Assembly (NCBI GenBank): GCA_963744145.1
Contig: CAVUSO010000001.1
Coordinates: 6,880,001-6,944,000 of the forward strand
Origin: an uncultured cyanobacterium
GTDB taxonomy: Bacteria; Cyanobacteriota; Cyanobacteriia; Cyanobacteriales; CAWUOF01
DNA: 64,000 nucleotides
Direction of reading: 5' to 3'
Shown piece by piece: positions 22,003 to 31,906 of this stretch. Below the pieces are notes generated by a model. The model did no database searches, was not told where the DNA came from, and was given only the letters and a program-made list of their open reading frames with translations. A program made the translations under genes and the position numbers. Within the stretch, counting starts at the first letter, position 1, and each line of letters opens with the position of its first letter.

Positions 22003-23157
22003 ATGCACAAGCTCAGAAATCTCAAAAAATACCTGTCTTTGGTAGCGATCGCGACAGTTATTTCTCTGCTAACTATTTTGATACCGATCTGGCTAGGAAA
22101 AAATCATCAGCCGATCGCCCAATCAACAGAAATAACTAGGACATCAGCGCTCGAATCCGTATTTTCTGATCAAGATATTGAATTTTCTTTTGTAGTAATT
22201 GGTTGTAATCGAGTTGAAAAGACTGATATTAAATCTACTCTTCCTAGCACCGCTAATATCGAACAACTCCAACGTACATTTACAGAAATTGCAGCCCTAT
22301 CTCCAGCACCAAAATTTTTATTTTTCGCAGGAGACATGGTTTACGGCTACAACTCTGATCCCAATGTATTAGAAAGTGAGCTAAAGGGTTGGCGAGAACT
22401 TTATGAAAAGTCTCCCCTAGCATCAACTCCAACCACATTAATTACTATTCCTGGTAATCATGAAGTTCAGAATGAGAAAAAAGTTGCTTACTTAGAAGCC
22501 GAAAAAACTTGGTTAAATGTAATGGCACCTTATTTGCAGTATGCGGGTAATGGACCAAAAGCTGGAGGACCAGATAATTTAAAAACTGATCAAAGTTCTC
22601 TGACATATTCCTTTGAATATAACAATACTCATTTTCTGATCTTGAATACAGATCCAGTTGGCAAAGATTGGAGTGTCCCACTTAACTGGATTAATCAAGA
22701 TTTAGATGAAGCAACAAAAAACCAGGTAGAACATATTTTCGCGATCGGACATAAACCAGCATATACTTATCCGCTCAATCTTTATCGTCCCGCTGAAAAA
22801 TTAGAAGATGGACTGGGTAGATTATATCCACAAGAACGAGATCAATTCTGGGATTTATTAGTAAAAAGCCGTAGTGAGGCAATGTTAACAGCTCATAATC
22901 ATCTCTATTATCGCACTAAAGGGCCAAAAGGTAATACTTGGCAAATTATTGCTGGTAATGGTGGAAGTCAACTCGACTCAGTAGCTGATCAAAAAAGCGT
23001 TAACTTCTTTGGGTTTACGGTGATCAATGTTCTCAAAAATGGACATATTACCCTGACTAGTTATGGAAGGGATGTTCCTACCCAGGGTTATCTAGCACCA
23101 AGTTCAGCTCATCCAACTACAGTTAGAGATCAAGCTGATCTAACTTGGATTGATTAA
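22003..23157 (+). CDS. Secreted or membrane-anchored calcineurin-like metallophosphoesterase
   Basis: GDMV, PGNHE, GHKP and AHNH motifs; N-terminal TM/signal. Confidence 0.88.
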   Translation: MHKLRNLKKYLSLVAIATVISLLTILIPIWLGKNHQPIAQSTEITRTSALESVFSDQDIEFSFVVIGCNRVEKTDIKSTLPSTANIEQLQRTFTEIAALSPAPKFLFFAGDMVYGYNSDPNVLESELKGWRELYEKSPLASTPTTLITIPGNHEVQNEKKVAYLEAEKTWLNVMAPYLQYAGNGPKAGGPDNLKTDQSSLTYSFEYNNTHFLILNTDPVGKDWSVPLNWINQDLDEATKNQVEHIFAIGHKPAYTYPLNLYRPAEKLEDGLGRLYPQERDQFWDLLVKSRSEAMLTAHNHLYYRTKGPKGNTWQIIAGNGGSQLDSVADQKSVNFFGFTVINVLKNGHITLTSYGRDVPTQGYLAPSSAHPTTVRDQADLTWID

Positions 23158-23173
23158 AAGCGGACCACATCAA

Positions 23174-23710
23174 TCACTCACCAGCAAACCACCAACCGGA
23201 ATTGACAATTTTATCTCCTGCCGCATTAAAATAGAGAAAATCATGATAACCCCGCCACTGATAAATTAGAAATTGATTGGTATCTGGAATCGTTTTATTG
23301 ATGAGGGAATCGTTTTGGATCAGGTAGAAAAGCGGATCATCTTTAACAGCAATGTGATCAGGAGATCCGAGTAATTGAATAATCTCGGATCTTTGATATT
23401 TTCCTGTACCTAAGCAAAACCCGATCTGATTCATAATTTGATGTTTGCGCCCATGCCATCCATCTATATCATTATTCCATCTACCATTATTACTATGTCC
23501 AGGAATAGTGCGGATTGTCTGAAAATCAGTTGCTAAGGTTTTGATTGGACATTCTGGTGGGGATAAATTATCTGCTTGAGCAGGATTAAAATTGCCGATC
23601 AGCAGCAATCCGAAAATAAGCAAAAGCCGACTTTGGTATGATTGGTAATTCATAGAGTGTCCAGAGCTAATGCAACTGCTGTGATCATCATAAGTAGGGA
23701 TGGGCAGCAT
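23174..23710 (-). CDS. Hypothetical secreted protein (start likely at MNYQ)
   Basis: Signal peptide ending AQA; LLGSPD...YQWRGYHDFLYF. Confidence 0.65.
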   Translation of the reverse strand: MLPIPTYDDHSSCISSGHSMNYQSYQSRLLLIFGLLLIGNFNPAQADNLSPPECPIKTLATDFQTIRTIPGHSNNGRWNNDIDGWHGRKHQIMNQIGFCLGTGKYQRSEIIQLLGSPDHIAVKDDPLFYLIQNDSLINKTIPDTNQFLIYQWRGYHDFLYFNAAGDKIVNSGWWFAGE

Positions 23711-23872
23711 AGACTTTTATCTATTATCATAAAGCCAATTTGATCTTTGAGCCAAGGGTTGATTTTTTCTCACTAAAGAATTAGGAATTTATTAATATTA
23801 CCAAAATTTTTGCCAAAATAGGTATAAATAAATAGGGAAATATCCATCCAAGTAAAATTAGGATTAATCTTT

Positions 23873-26521
23873 ATGCAGTCCCAGCAATTTCCTAAGTTAT
23901 ATTCTCGTCAACTACTAAGCTCTAAACCTTCTCTCCAAAGACAAATTTTGATTATAGTATCAAGTCTCTTGTTAATTGCGTTATTACCAACGATTGCACT
24001 GTTGACTTGGACAGCAAGACAAGCAATGCTAGAGCGTACCCGAGCAGATGGAGTTCGGATTGCCCAAATTTTAGCTCAAAGTGCTGGTGTGGTTGAACAA
24101 TTACCCCAAGATGTAGAAAAAGTTATTGGTGAACAAATGATTGTCTCCGCTACAACTTTGGCTCATCTTGTGAGTGTAGCTGAAGCTAATAATTTGACTC
24201 CCAACCAAATGAATCAACGATTGAAGGAGATCGTGAATAGTACCGTCCTTGATGAAATTTGGATTACTGATGAAAAGGGTAAAGCATATCTAAACACTCT
24301 CGATCTTGATTTTACTTTTTTGCCCGATCGCCAAAAACAACCCCAAGCTTATATTTTTTGGGAATTATTAAATGGTCGAAAAAAGACTGTAGTTCAAGAA
24401 GCAAGAAAACGCGAAATAGATAATCGGATCTTTAAATATGTTGGTGTAGCCGGAGTTGATAAACCACGGATTGTTGAAGTAGGTTATAATGCTGAATTTC
24501 TCGAAAAGATTCGCGAAAAAATTGGAGTTAAATCCCTAATTAATCAGTTGCTTAATGGAGAAGATGTTAAAGCAATTTGGGTAGTTGACAATAATTTAAA
24601 AGTCTTAGCTGCTAGTCAAGATCAAAAGTCACTGATTGCTTCAGAGATAGACACAGTAGATCGATCTAATATTTCCCAAGTAATTGCTCAAAGACGAGTT
24701 TTTAGTGAAATCAACGGCAATTTTCTCAAAGTTGCAGCACCTTTGCTCAATCAAACAGGTGAGATTCGCGGTGCTGCTTTAGTTTATTTATCTTTAGACT
24801 CGGTCTATGCTACCTTAAAGGGTCAATTAGAATTAGCATTGTTTGTTACTGTGATTGTTTTAACTATTGGACTGTTAGCTTCTTATTATCTATCTCGGTG
24901 GATTACTCAACCAATTTGTTATCTAAGTAAAGCATCTAAATTACTTTCTGATGGTCAATGGCACCAACCAGTAGAGATCAAACGAGCTGATGAATTAGGA
25001 GAATTAGCTAATTCATTTAATTTTATGGCACAGCAATTGTATGAGTCGTTTCAGTCTTTAGAAACCAAGAATGAAGATTTAGAAAACCGTGTAAAAGAAC
25101 GGACTGTAGAACTAGAACAAGCTAAACAAAAAGCTGAGGTTGCCAATCAAGCTAAAAGTGAATTTCTGGCGAATATGAGTCATGAATTACGCACACCTCT
25201 CAATGGAATTCTTGGTTATGCTCAAATTATGCAACGTGCTGCTGATCTTAATCAATATCGTAAAGGTGTGCTGATTATTGAACAAGCAGGTACTCATTTA
25301 CTTGCTCTGATTAATGATATTTTGGATCTGGCGAAAATTGAAGCAAGGAAAATGGAATTATTACCCAAGGATTTTCATTTTCTTTCCTTTCTAGTTGGGG
25401 TAGCTGAAATTACTAGAGTCCGGGCAGATCATAAAGATATTTTGTTCGATTTTATTCAATCAGAAAACCTCCCATCGGGGGTAGTTGCTGATGAAAAACG
25501 TCTTCGTCAAGTATTGATGAATTTATTAGGGAATGCGATTAAATTTACCGATCGCGGTAGTGTAACATTTAAAGTTGAATTGGTATCTACTAATTATCAT
25601 GCTGGAGTAAATATTCATAAAGTTCGATTTAGTATTCAAGATACAGGAGTAGGAATGACTTCTGAACAATTAGAAAAAATATTTTTACCTTTTGAACAAG
25701 TTGGTTCTAGTTCGCAACGTGCAGAAGGTTCTGGGTTAGGATTAGCTATTTCTCGTGAAATTGTCACAATGATGGGAAGTCAAATACAAGTTATTAGTAA
25801 TTTAGGAATGGGTAGCATTTTTTGGTTTGAAGTAGATTTACCACTCTCAAATCAATGGATGAATACTGCTACTTTATCCTCCCAAGGTCAGATTATTGGT
25901 TATAGCGGTGAACGAAAGAAAATTCTGATCGTTGATGATAAACCAGTGAATCGAATTGTCATTGCAGAAGTTTTAAATCCGTTAGGGTTTATGATTGCTG
26001 AAGCGGAAAATGGGCAAGATGGATTAAATCAGACTAAGGAATTTCAACCGGATTTAATTATTACTGATATTGCGATGCCCGAGATGAATGGTTATGAATT
26101 CGCTCGTTGTATTCGCCAGACTTATTCTGCTACTTTAGCAATGATCGCCGCTAGTGCAAGTGTATCACAATCAGATCAAAGTTTAGCGATCGCTGCTGGT
26201 TGTAATGATTTTATCGAAAAACCTTTAGATCTGGAAAAGTTACTCAGAATAGTCCAAAAATATCTCAATATTGAATGGATTTATGCTGAACATCAAGGGG
26301 AAATAGAATCAAGGTCACAAGAGATTATTTTCCCCACGTTAGCGGAGTTAAATAATCTTTACCAAGCGGTTAAAATTGGGGATATTGCTTTAGTCGAAAT
26401 GATTGCTAAACAACTAGTAGCAACTAATTCCCAATATCAGGCATTTTCCGATCGCATTTTAACTTTAGCCGCAGAATTTGATGAGGGTGGTATAATTGAG
26501 TTGATTGAAGCTAGAACATAG
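23873..26521 (+). CDS. Hybrid sensor histidine kinase (periplasmic Cache-like, HAMP, HisKA, HATPase, REC)
   Basis: Two TM helices, DELGELANSFN, SHELRTPLN, GSGLGL, ITDIAMP. Confidence 0.95.
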   Translation: MQSQQFPKLYSRQLLSSKPSLQRQILIIVSSLLLIALLPTIALLTWTARQAMLERTRADGVRIAQILAQSAGVVEQLPQDVEKVIGEQMIVSATTLAHLVSVAEANNLTPNQMNQRLKEIVNSTVLDEIWITDEKGKAYLNTLDLDFTFLPDRQKQPQAYIFWELLNGRKKTVVQEARKREIDNRIFKYVGVAGVDKPRIVEVGYNAEFLEKIREKIGVKSLINQLLNGEDVKAIWVVDNNLKVLAASQDQKSLIASEIDTVDRSNISQVIAQRRVFSEINGNFLKVAAPLLNQTGEIRGAALVYLSLDSVYATLKGQLELALFVTVIVLTIGLLASYYLSRWITQPICYLSKASKLLSDGQWHQPVEIKRADELGELANSFNFMAQQLYESFQSLETKNEDLENRVKERTVELEQAKQKAEVANQAKSEFLANMSHELRTPLNGILGYAQIMQRAADLNQYRKGVLIIEQAGTHLLALINDILDLAKIEARKMELLPKDFHFLSFLVGVAEITRVRADHKDILFDFIQSENLPSGVVADEKRLRQVLMNLLGNAIKFTDRGSVTFKVELVSTNYHAGVNIHKVRFSIQDTGVGMTSEQLEKIFLPFEQVGSSSQRAEGSGLGLAISREIVTMMGSQIQVISNLGMGSIFWFEVDLPLSNQWMNTATLSSQGQIIGYSGERKKILIVDDKPVNRIVIAEVLNPLGFMIAEAENGQDGLNQTKEFQPDLIITDIAMPEMNGYEFARCIRQTYSATLAMIAASASVSQSDQSLAIAAGCNDFIEKPLDLEKLLRIVQKYLNIEWIYAEHQGEIESRSQEIIFPTLAELNNLYQAVKIGDIALVEMIAKQLVATNSQYQAFSDRILTLAAEFDEGGIIELIEART

Positions 26522-26581
26522 TGATACCAATTCACGCTGAAAATACATTAAATATTAGATTGAGTTGACTCTGATGTTTTA

Positions 26582-27214
26582 CTAATATAATGGTACAGCA
26601 GGATCAATTTCACGACTCCAAGCATTAATTCCTCCTTTAAGATTCATACCTTCAATTCCTGCTTTTTTCAAAATTACTAACGCTTTTGCACTTCTAACTC
26701 CAACTTTACAATGAGCAATTAATTTTCGTCCTTTTAGCAAAGATTTGATTTTAGTAATACCCTCACCTGCTTCAATTTCTGGTAAAGGAATAAGAACTGA
26801 TCCAGGAATTCTAGCAATTTCATATTCTGCTATTTCCCGGACATCAACTAACAAAAAATCTTCGGTTTTATGGTCGATCAATTGTTTTAACTGTTGCACG
26901 GTAATTGCGGGAACTTCTGCTTGCTGGATCGCATTACCAATCAATGGTAAATTAGCAGCTAAATGTAAAGGAATACCTAATTTAATTAAGGGTCTGAGCA
27001 GATCTGGATTATAAATAATTCCAGCGATCGCAATCATCCCTAATCCTACCATACCTCCCCATATTTCTAACCTGAGTCTTGGTCTGGGTTTTTGCTCTGT
27101 GATTTTGCTCGTATTATCCATAAATTTTGCTCCCAATTTTCTTAGGTAAGATCGAAGTAGCTCTAATTCTAGTTTAGTGCGATCGCTATCTACTTTCTTA
27201 GTGATCGTGATCAT
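26582..27214 (-). CDS. Rhodanese-like domain protein with TM anchor (start probably at MDN)
   Basis: LVDVRE, HCKVGVRS, NLKGGINAW; resembles the MoeB C-terminus. Confidence 0.85.
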   Translation of the reverse strand: MITITKKVDSDRTKLELELLRSYLRKLGAKFMDNTSKITEQKPRPRLRLEIWGGMVGLGMIAIAGIIYNPDLLRPLIKLGIPLHLAANLPLIGNAIQQAEVPAITVQQLKQLIDHKTEDFLLVDVREIAEYEIARIPGSVLIPLPEIEAGEGITKIKSLLKGRKLIAHCKVGVRSAKALVILKKAGIEGMNLKGGINAWSREIDPAVPLY

Positions 27215-27239
27215 GATTAACCTAAATTATGATCGGATA

Positions 27240-27857
27240 TTATTGCATTTCTTCTGTTCCCTCAGCACAAACAACTTGATCATTTTTGATAATTGGATCA
27301 GCAGGAATAATTTTACCAGGAGAAATTGTGCCACAAGCACCAGCTAAACTATTTCCTTTTGATGTTATAAAAACTATACCCACAAAACTTTTCAGATTAG
27401 AATCTAGAGGAATTGCATAGATAAAAACAGCTTGATCACCTATATTTTTCATGGCATAATGAAAGTTGTTTGATTGAGTGGGAATACCGATGTTTAACTG
27501 ATCAAATGTCCGGGCAAAAGTTGGATTCTCTAAGCGATAAGCTTGTTGAGCTCTATTACTTGCACCAATAAAAGACTTCCCCTCACTTTGTCTAGGTTTG
27601 GCACCACAACCAAGATTAGATGAAACAAAAAAAACTCCTCCTGTTCCGAATACCAAGCAGGAAATACAAAAAACAATTACGTTATGTTTTTTAGTAATTA
27701 TCTCCAAATAAGTCTTTAAAAAGCTTTTTTTATTTGCAGGAAAATCTAAATTCGGTCGAGGATTTTTAATTAGTAAATATTTCATCCATTTAGTGATAAA
27801 ATTGATATACATATTTTTTACTAACTCCTGATTTGTCTTAAATAAAGGCGATCGCAA
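27240..27857 (-). CDS. Type IV pilin-like G/H family protein
   Basis: RQSEGKSFIGASNRAQQAYRLE...YAIP...LKSFVG; terminal Cys pair. Confidence 0.8.
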   Translation of the reverse strand: MRSPLFKTNQELVKNMYINFITKWMKYLLIKNPRPNLDFPANKKSFLKTYLEIITKKHNVIVFCISCLVFGTGGVFFVSSNLGCGAKPRQSEGKSFIGASNRAQQAYRLENPTFARTFDQLNIGIPTQSNNFHYAMKNIGDQAVFIYAIPLDSNLKSFVGIVFITSKGNSLAGACGTISPGKIIPADPIIKNDQVVCAEGTEEMQ

Positions 27858-27898
27858 TTCTCTAACCTAAACCTAATATCTAGACTGACTATTCCTAG

Positions 27899-28021
27899 TA
27901 TACCTCTTGCAAAAGTCATGTTGATCAATTTACTGGACAGGCAAGATGCCTGTCCCACAACCAAAAAAACTTTTGTGGGACAGGCATCTTGCCTGTCCTA
28001 GTTATTTTTGCAAGAAGTCTA
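27899..28021 (-). mobile_element. MITE family A copy
   Basis: TIRs tatacctcttgcaaaa / ttttgcaagaagtcta; internal gacaggcaagatgcctgtcccac inverted pair. Confidence 0.8.
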
Positions 28022-28310
28022 GTCTAATCTCAATTTCGGTTTTCCTAATAGAGCTTTGTTACTTTATATTAATACCTACGCGAATTTGAGTTCTCGATGG
28101 AGTTATTTGAGAACTCATCGACTTTTGATTGAGTTTGGATCGACTTTGGAGTTCTGGTCAAAGTGACAAAAACCTCACTGACTTTTTTTCTGATTTGGAT
28201 TAGTGTGATCGCAGTCACACCCAATTTCTAGTTTTATCCCACGTAATTTCTGTAAAAAAATGCTATCATCAAGTAAATTTATCAATATTTCTGGTAAGTC
28301 ATTATGCCCT

Positions 28311-28412
28311 ATGCTAGAAGTTCGTGAATTTGCTGAAAAAATCAACCTCTTATCTCTTGAGGATAAACAATGGTTACTACAACAAGTCAACAAATTGCTA
28401 CTTCTCCCCTGA
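28311..28412 (+). pseudogene. Possible short antitoxin-like remnant
   Basis: Translates as MLEVREFAEKINLLSLEDKQWLLQQVNKLLLLP. Confidence 0.35.
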
Positions 28413-28476
28413 CTGATCTGAATGATACCGATACAACCCCTCTTTATGCTTTAGTAGATTTCTAATCGAGTTTCTT

Positions 28477-29220
28477 ATGAACAAAGTTTATTTTTCCTTT
28501 TATGCAGAACTAAAACACTTTTTATCACCTCCTCGTCAAGAACTAAGTTTTGCTCATCAATTTAATGGTCGTGTATCAATCAAAGACATGATCGAATCTT
28601 TCGGAGTTCCTCATACAGAAGTAGATCAGATTATAGTTAATGGTAATGTAGTCGATTTTTCCTATATTGTTCAGCATGGTGATCAGTGTAATATTTATCC
28701 AGTTTCTGTCGATCAAAAAATCGGTCACAATCAACAACAGCAATTACCTGGTTTCGTCTTAGATGTACATTTAGGAAAACTAGCTAATCATCTCAGAATG
28801 CTAGGGTTTGACACCCTCTATCGTAATGATTATGCTGATGAAGAATTAGCATATATTTCTAGTAATGAAGAACGGATTTTACTCACTAGGGATCTGGGAG
28901 TGCTGAAACGTAGTATAGTTAAGCTTGGCTATTATGTGAGAGAAACAAATCCCCAGCGTCAGTTAGTTGAAGTATTACAGCGGTTTGATTTGTTTGATCA
29001 AATTAGACCATTTTTTCGTTGTATCCAATGCAATATTTCGCTAAAAACAGTTGCTAAAGAGACAATTATTGAAAAATTACCACCAAAAGTTAGAGAACAC
29101 TATCAGGAGTTTCGTCAGTGTCCATCCTGTGAACAAATTTTTTGGAAAGGAAGTCATTTTCACAAAATGCAAGAGTTTGTCGTTGAGATAATGAAGCATC
29201 GAGCGATCGCGAAGGAATGA
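28477..29220 (+). CDS. Mut7-C RNase (PIN plus Zn ribbon) with N-terminal ubiquitin-like domain
   Basis: IESFGVPHTEVD, FVLDVHLGKLA, LLTRD, CIQC..CPSC, WKGSH. Confidence 0.9.
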   Translation: MNKVYFSFYAELKHFLSPPRQELSFAHQFNGRVSIKDMIESFGVPHTEVDQIIVNGNVVDFSYIVQHGDQCNIYPVSVDQKIGHNQQQQLPGFVLDVHLGKLANHLRMLGFDTLYRNDYADEELAYISSNEERILLTRDLGVLKRSIVKLGYYVRETNPQRQLVEVLQRFDLFDQIRPFFRCIQCNISLKTVAKETIIEKLPPKVREHYQEFRQCPSCEQIFWKGSHFHKMQEFVVEIMKHRAIAKE

Positions 29221-29262
29221 AAATAGATAATTTCCTATTTCCTCCGCAAATAGTCAGGTTAT

Positions 29263-29958
29263 TTAAGAATTATCCGGACTGTAACTTATGCGTAAAAGCT
29301 GATTTCCTCCTCGTTGAAACTCATAGTTAACTGGTTGGATTTCTAGCTGATAACCTTGGTTTTTCAGAGTATTGATGACAGGAATTACATAAGGAGATGG
29401 TTCACAGGAGAGATTTAAAAGTGGAAAAATTCGCACTTCCCGTGCAACTCGACAAAGTTCTGCGATCGATTGAAGATGAAATTGTTCTGAAAAGTGATCA
29501 GAATATAGAAAAAGAAAATGGGAACAGAGAGCTAAATCAAATGTACCAGTGGGAAAAGGTAAAGATGGTAATTCTGCGATCGCATAGCGTCCTGTAGATA
29601 ATCCGACAGGAAAATCTTCTAAAAATAGTCGGATGGTTTCTGTTCTACTCTCTCCCAACTCAGTCGGAGATGCAAATTCCTTCCAAATATATTGATCTAA
29701 ATTAGCAGTTAGACCATCAATAATTAAAGGATAAGTTTCTTGAAAACGCTGGAAAATTTCAGCTCCAGAAAATTGATATACCGGATCGCAGGAAATGACA
29801 TGATATCCTTGTTTAGTCATCTCGGTATTAAAGCTAGCTGGACCACCTGCACAATCAAGAATTTTTAACTTTAAATCCTCAGCATTTAAGTTAAACATTT
29901 TGATGTAAGTATTGAGCGATCGACCGAGAGGAACTACTTTTTCTAACTTTAAACCCAT
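29263..29958 (-). CDS. SAM-dependent methyltransferase
   Basis: ILDCAGGPASF, FDLALCSHFLFLYS. Confidence 0.85.
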   Translation of the reverse strand: MGLKLEKVVPLGRSLNTYIKMFNLNAEDLKLKILDCAGGPASFNTEMTKQGYHVISCDPVYQFSGAEIFQRFQETYPLIIDGLTANLDQYIWKEFASPTELGESRTETIRLFLEDFPVGLSTGRYAIAELPSLPFPTGTFDLALCSHFLFLYSDHFSEQFHLQSIAELCRVAREVRIFPLLNLSCEPSPYVIPVINTLKNQGYQLEIQPVNYEFQRGGNQLLRISYSPDNS

Positions 29959-30039
29959 TTTTTTTCACCAATATCAATTGAGCCAATGAAATGTAGTTGT
30001 AATTTAGCCAGTACAACTACATTCCTGGGAAAACTAAAG

Positions 30040-30885
30040 TTAAACTAGACACTTTTCCTTGATCTGGATTTGTCGTCCCACTGCGATCGCGATCGGTTGT
30101 AAAGTGCGTACTAAATCTACCATTTCTGATAATGACAGTGCTTGTCTAGCATCAGAAACAGACTTTTCTGGTTCAGGGTGACACTCAATCATAATTCCAT
30201 CAGCTCCAGCTGCGATCGCTGCTTTAGCTAAACCTCCCACAAGTTCACTTTTTCCAGCAGCATGGGAAGGATCGACAATAATGGGTAAATGTGTCAACTG
30301 TTTTAATGCTACTACTGCCCCTAAATCTAGGACATTACGGGTATAATTATCGAAACTACGAATACCCCTTTCACATAAAATTACATCTGGATTTCCATGA
30401 CTAAGAATATATTCTGCGGCAAAAATGAATTCTTCGATCGTCGCAGCTAATCCTCGTTTTAACATCACAGGTTTTCCTGCTTGTCCTACGGCTTTTAGTA
30501 AGTCAAAGTTTTGCATATTGCGGCTACCTATTTGTAAGATATCTGCATGAGCAACCACTGGTTCAATTTGGCTAATTGACATTACTTCCGTGATCACTGG
30601 AATATTGTAAGTATGACGAATCTGATTTAAAATTTCTAATCCTGCTACACCTAATCCTTGGAAAGAATAAGGAGATGTGCGCGGTTTGTATACACCACCT
30701 CGGATAATTTGCACTGAAGTATGAGCTAAATGACTAGCTACCTGCTCCATCTGGGTTAAATTTTCCACAGCACAAGGTCCACCAATAATCACAATATCTT
30801 GATCACCAATACTGACTTGAGAGGATATTTTGATAATGCTCTGGTGTTCTGGGTGAATTTTGCTGACAAGTTTAGCGTTTAACAT
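30040..30885 (-). CDS. aroF: DAHP synthase (type I-beta), short form without an N-terminal regulatory domain
   Basis: GGPCAVE, GGVYKPRTSPYSFQG, IGSRNMQNF, LCERGIR, DPSH; only 281 aa. Confidence 0.95.
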   Translation of the reverse strand: MLNAKLVSKIHPEHQSIIKISSQVSIGDQDIVIIGGPCAVENLTQMEQVASHLAHTSVQIIRGGVYKPRTSPYSFQGLGVAGLEILNQIRHTYNIPVITEVMSISQIEPVVAHADILQIGSRNMQNFDLLKAVGQAGKPVMLKRGLAATIEEFIFAAEYILSHGNPDVILCERGIRSFDNYTRNVLDLGAVVALKQLTHLPIIVDPSHAAGKSELVGGLAKAAIAAGADGIMIECHPEPEKSVSDARQALSLSEMVDLVRTLQPIAIAVGRQIQIKEKCLV

Positions 30886-30917
30886 TTGGTACTCCGATGG
30901 AAAGTAATATGGTTAAT

Positions 30918-30949
30918 AAAAAAGCCCAGAACTTTAAAAGTTCCGGGCT
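30918..30949 (-). terminator. Attenuator terminator 2 (proximal to aroF)
   Basis: Minus strand AGCCCGGAACTT-TTA-AAGTTCTGGGCT followed by a T-run. Confidence 0.85.
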
Positions 30950-30975
30950 GAGGTGACAAGCGACATAGCAATTAC

Positions 30976-31041
30976 CTACCCAGAACTGTTTCTGAGCCAA
31001 TAGTAAAAGCTAAAAAACCAATGATTGAGATTTGTGGTCAT
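30976..31041 (-). CDS. Putative aromatic amino-acid leader peptide 2 (MTTNLNHWFFSFYYWLRNSSG)
   Basis: Hand-translated; 7 of 8 consecutive codons are Trp/Phe/Tyr; sits just upstream of a terminator and aroF. Confidence 0.85.
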   Translation of the reverse strand: MTTNLNHWFFSFYYWLRNSSG

Positions 31042-31071
31042 GTTCGCTCGTAGTTTTGAGGACTGTAGACT

Positions 31072-31106
31072 AAAAAACGAAAAACCGCAGAGTTGCTTCT
31101 GCGGTT
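31072..31106 (-). terminator. Attenuator terminator 1 (distal)
   Basis: Minus strand AACCGCAGA-AGCAAC-TCTGCGGTT followed by TTTCGTTTTTT. Confidence 0.85.
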
Positions 31107-31134
31107 CACTTGGGTATCCAATCCAAATCTGGAT

Positions 31135-31191
31135 TCACTCCCTGTGAACCGATCTATGCCAAAAGTAAAAGTAATAATTGCTGGTGGGCAT
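31135..31191 (-). CDS. Putative aromatic amino-acid leader peptide 1 (MPTSNYYFYFWHRSVHRE)
   Basis: Hand-translated; six consecutive Tyr/Phe/Trp codons; directly upstream of a terminator. Confidence 0.85.
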   Translation of the reverse strand: MPTSNYYFYFWHRSVHRE

Positions 31192-31237
31192 GAGCTTGTT
31201 TTTGCGGTTGAACGCTTAGTTTATCGTTAGGCTTATA

Positions 31238-31266
31238 TATATATCAAGTAATCAGGGATTTGTCAA
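31238..31266 (-). promoter_or_regulatory. Putative sigma70-type promoter for the leader-aroF transcript
   Basis: Minus strand TTGACA-17 nt-TATATA, with TG just upstream of the -10. Confidence 0.55.
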
Positions 31267-31298
31267 CTATCTAGGGAAAATTAGTCCTAAAATACCAT

Positions 31299-31424
31299 TA
31301 GACAAGAAAGCAAAAATAAATAGGACAGGCAAGATGCCTGTCCCACAAAAGTGATTTTTTCTGGTGGGACAGGCATCTTGCCTGTCAATAAATAGATCAA
31401 TAAGGACTTTTGCTTTCTTGTCTA
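31299..31424 (+). mobile_element. MITE family A, complete 126-bp copy
   Basis: Perfect 17-bp TIRs tagacaagaaagcaaaa / ttttgctttcttgtcta with TA ends; internal inverted gacaggcaagatgcctgtcccac. Confidence 0.88.
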
Positions 31425-31906
31425 TTGATGTTTGCGCGATCGCATTTTCCTGGGTTAGTCAAGTCCTGGGGATGCGATCGGCATTTCATCCAATTGGCCA
31501 AATCTGAGTAGTGGTGGCGATAGTGGCACCAAGGTTTAATCTTGAGTTTTAGTTGAGCGATCGCCATTTCACAAGGGGAAATTTAGCTGTGATCGCCAAT
31601 CACACGCCACCACCAAAACAGACCGGGAAAAACTCTAATTTTCCAGAGAAACTGCAAAATATTCAAAATCTCACCAAATATCAATCGACCTAAACGCTAT
31701 ACTGGACTTAAATAAAGGTAATTTAGCTCCTTGGATGTCCTTAAAAGAAGAAGACAAAAATGGGCGATTGTACCTGTGAATGCTTCGGTCAAATTCAAGT
31801 TTGTAATGAGTTTCATTTTGTATTTCGGGAGGATGCTGTATTGCAAGATCCCTACTTATTCAAGAACTTAAGCACAAAGTTACGAAGCGAGCAGAGTAAT
31901 AACATC

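Noticed and set aside
31760..31906. Cys-rich N-terminal extension on Uma2
   Set aside because: Paralogs start at the equivalent of ATG 31907. The upstream part may be debris from another gene, but I cannot assign it.
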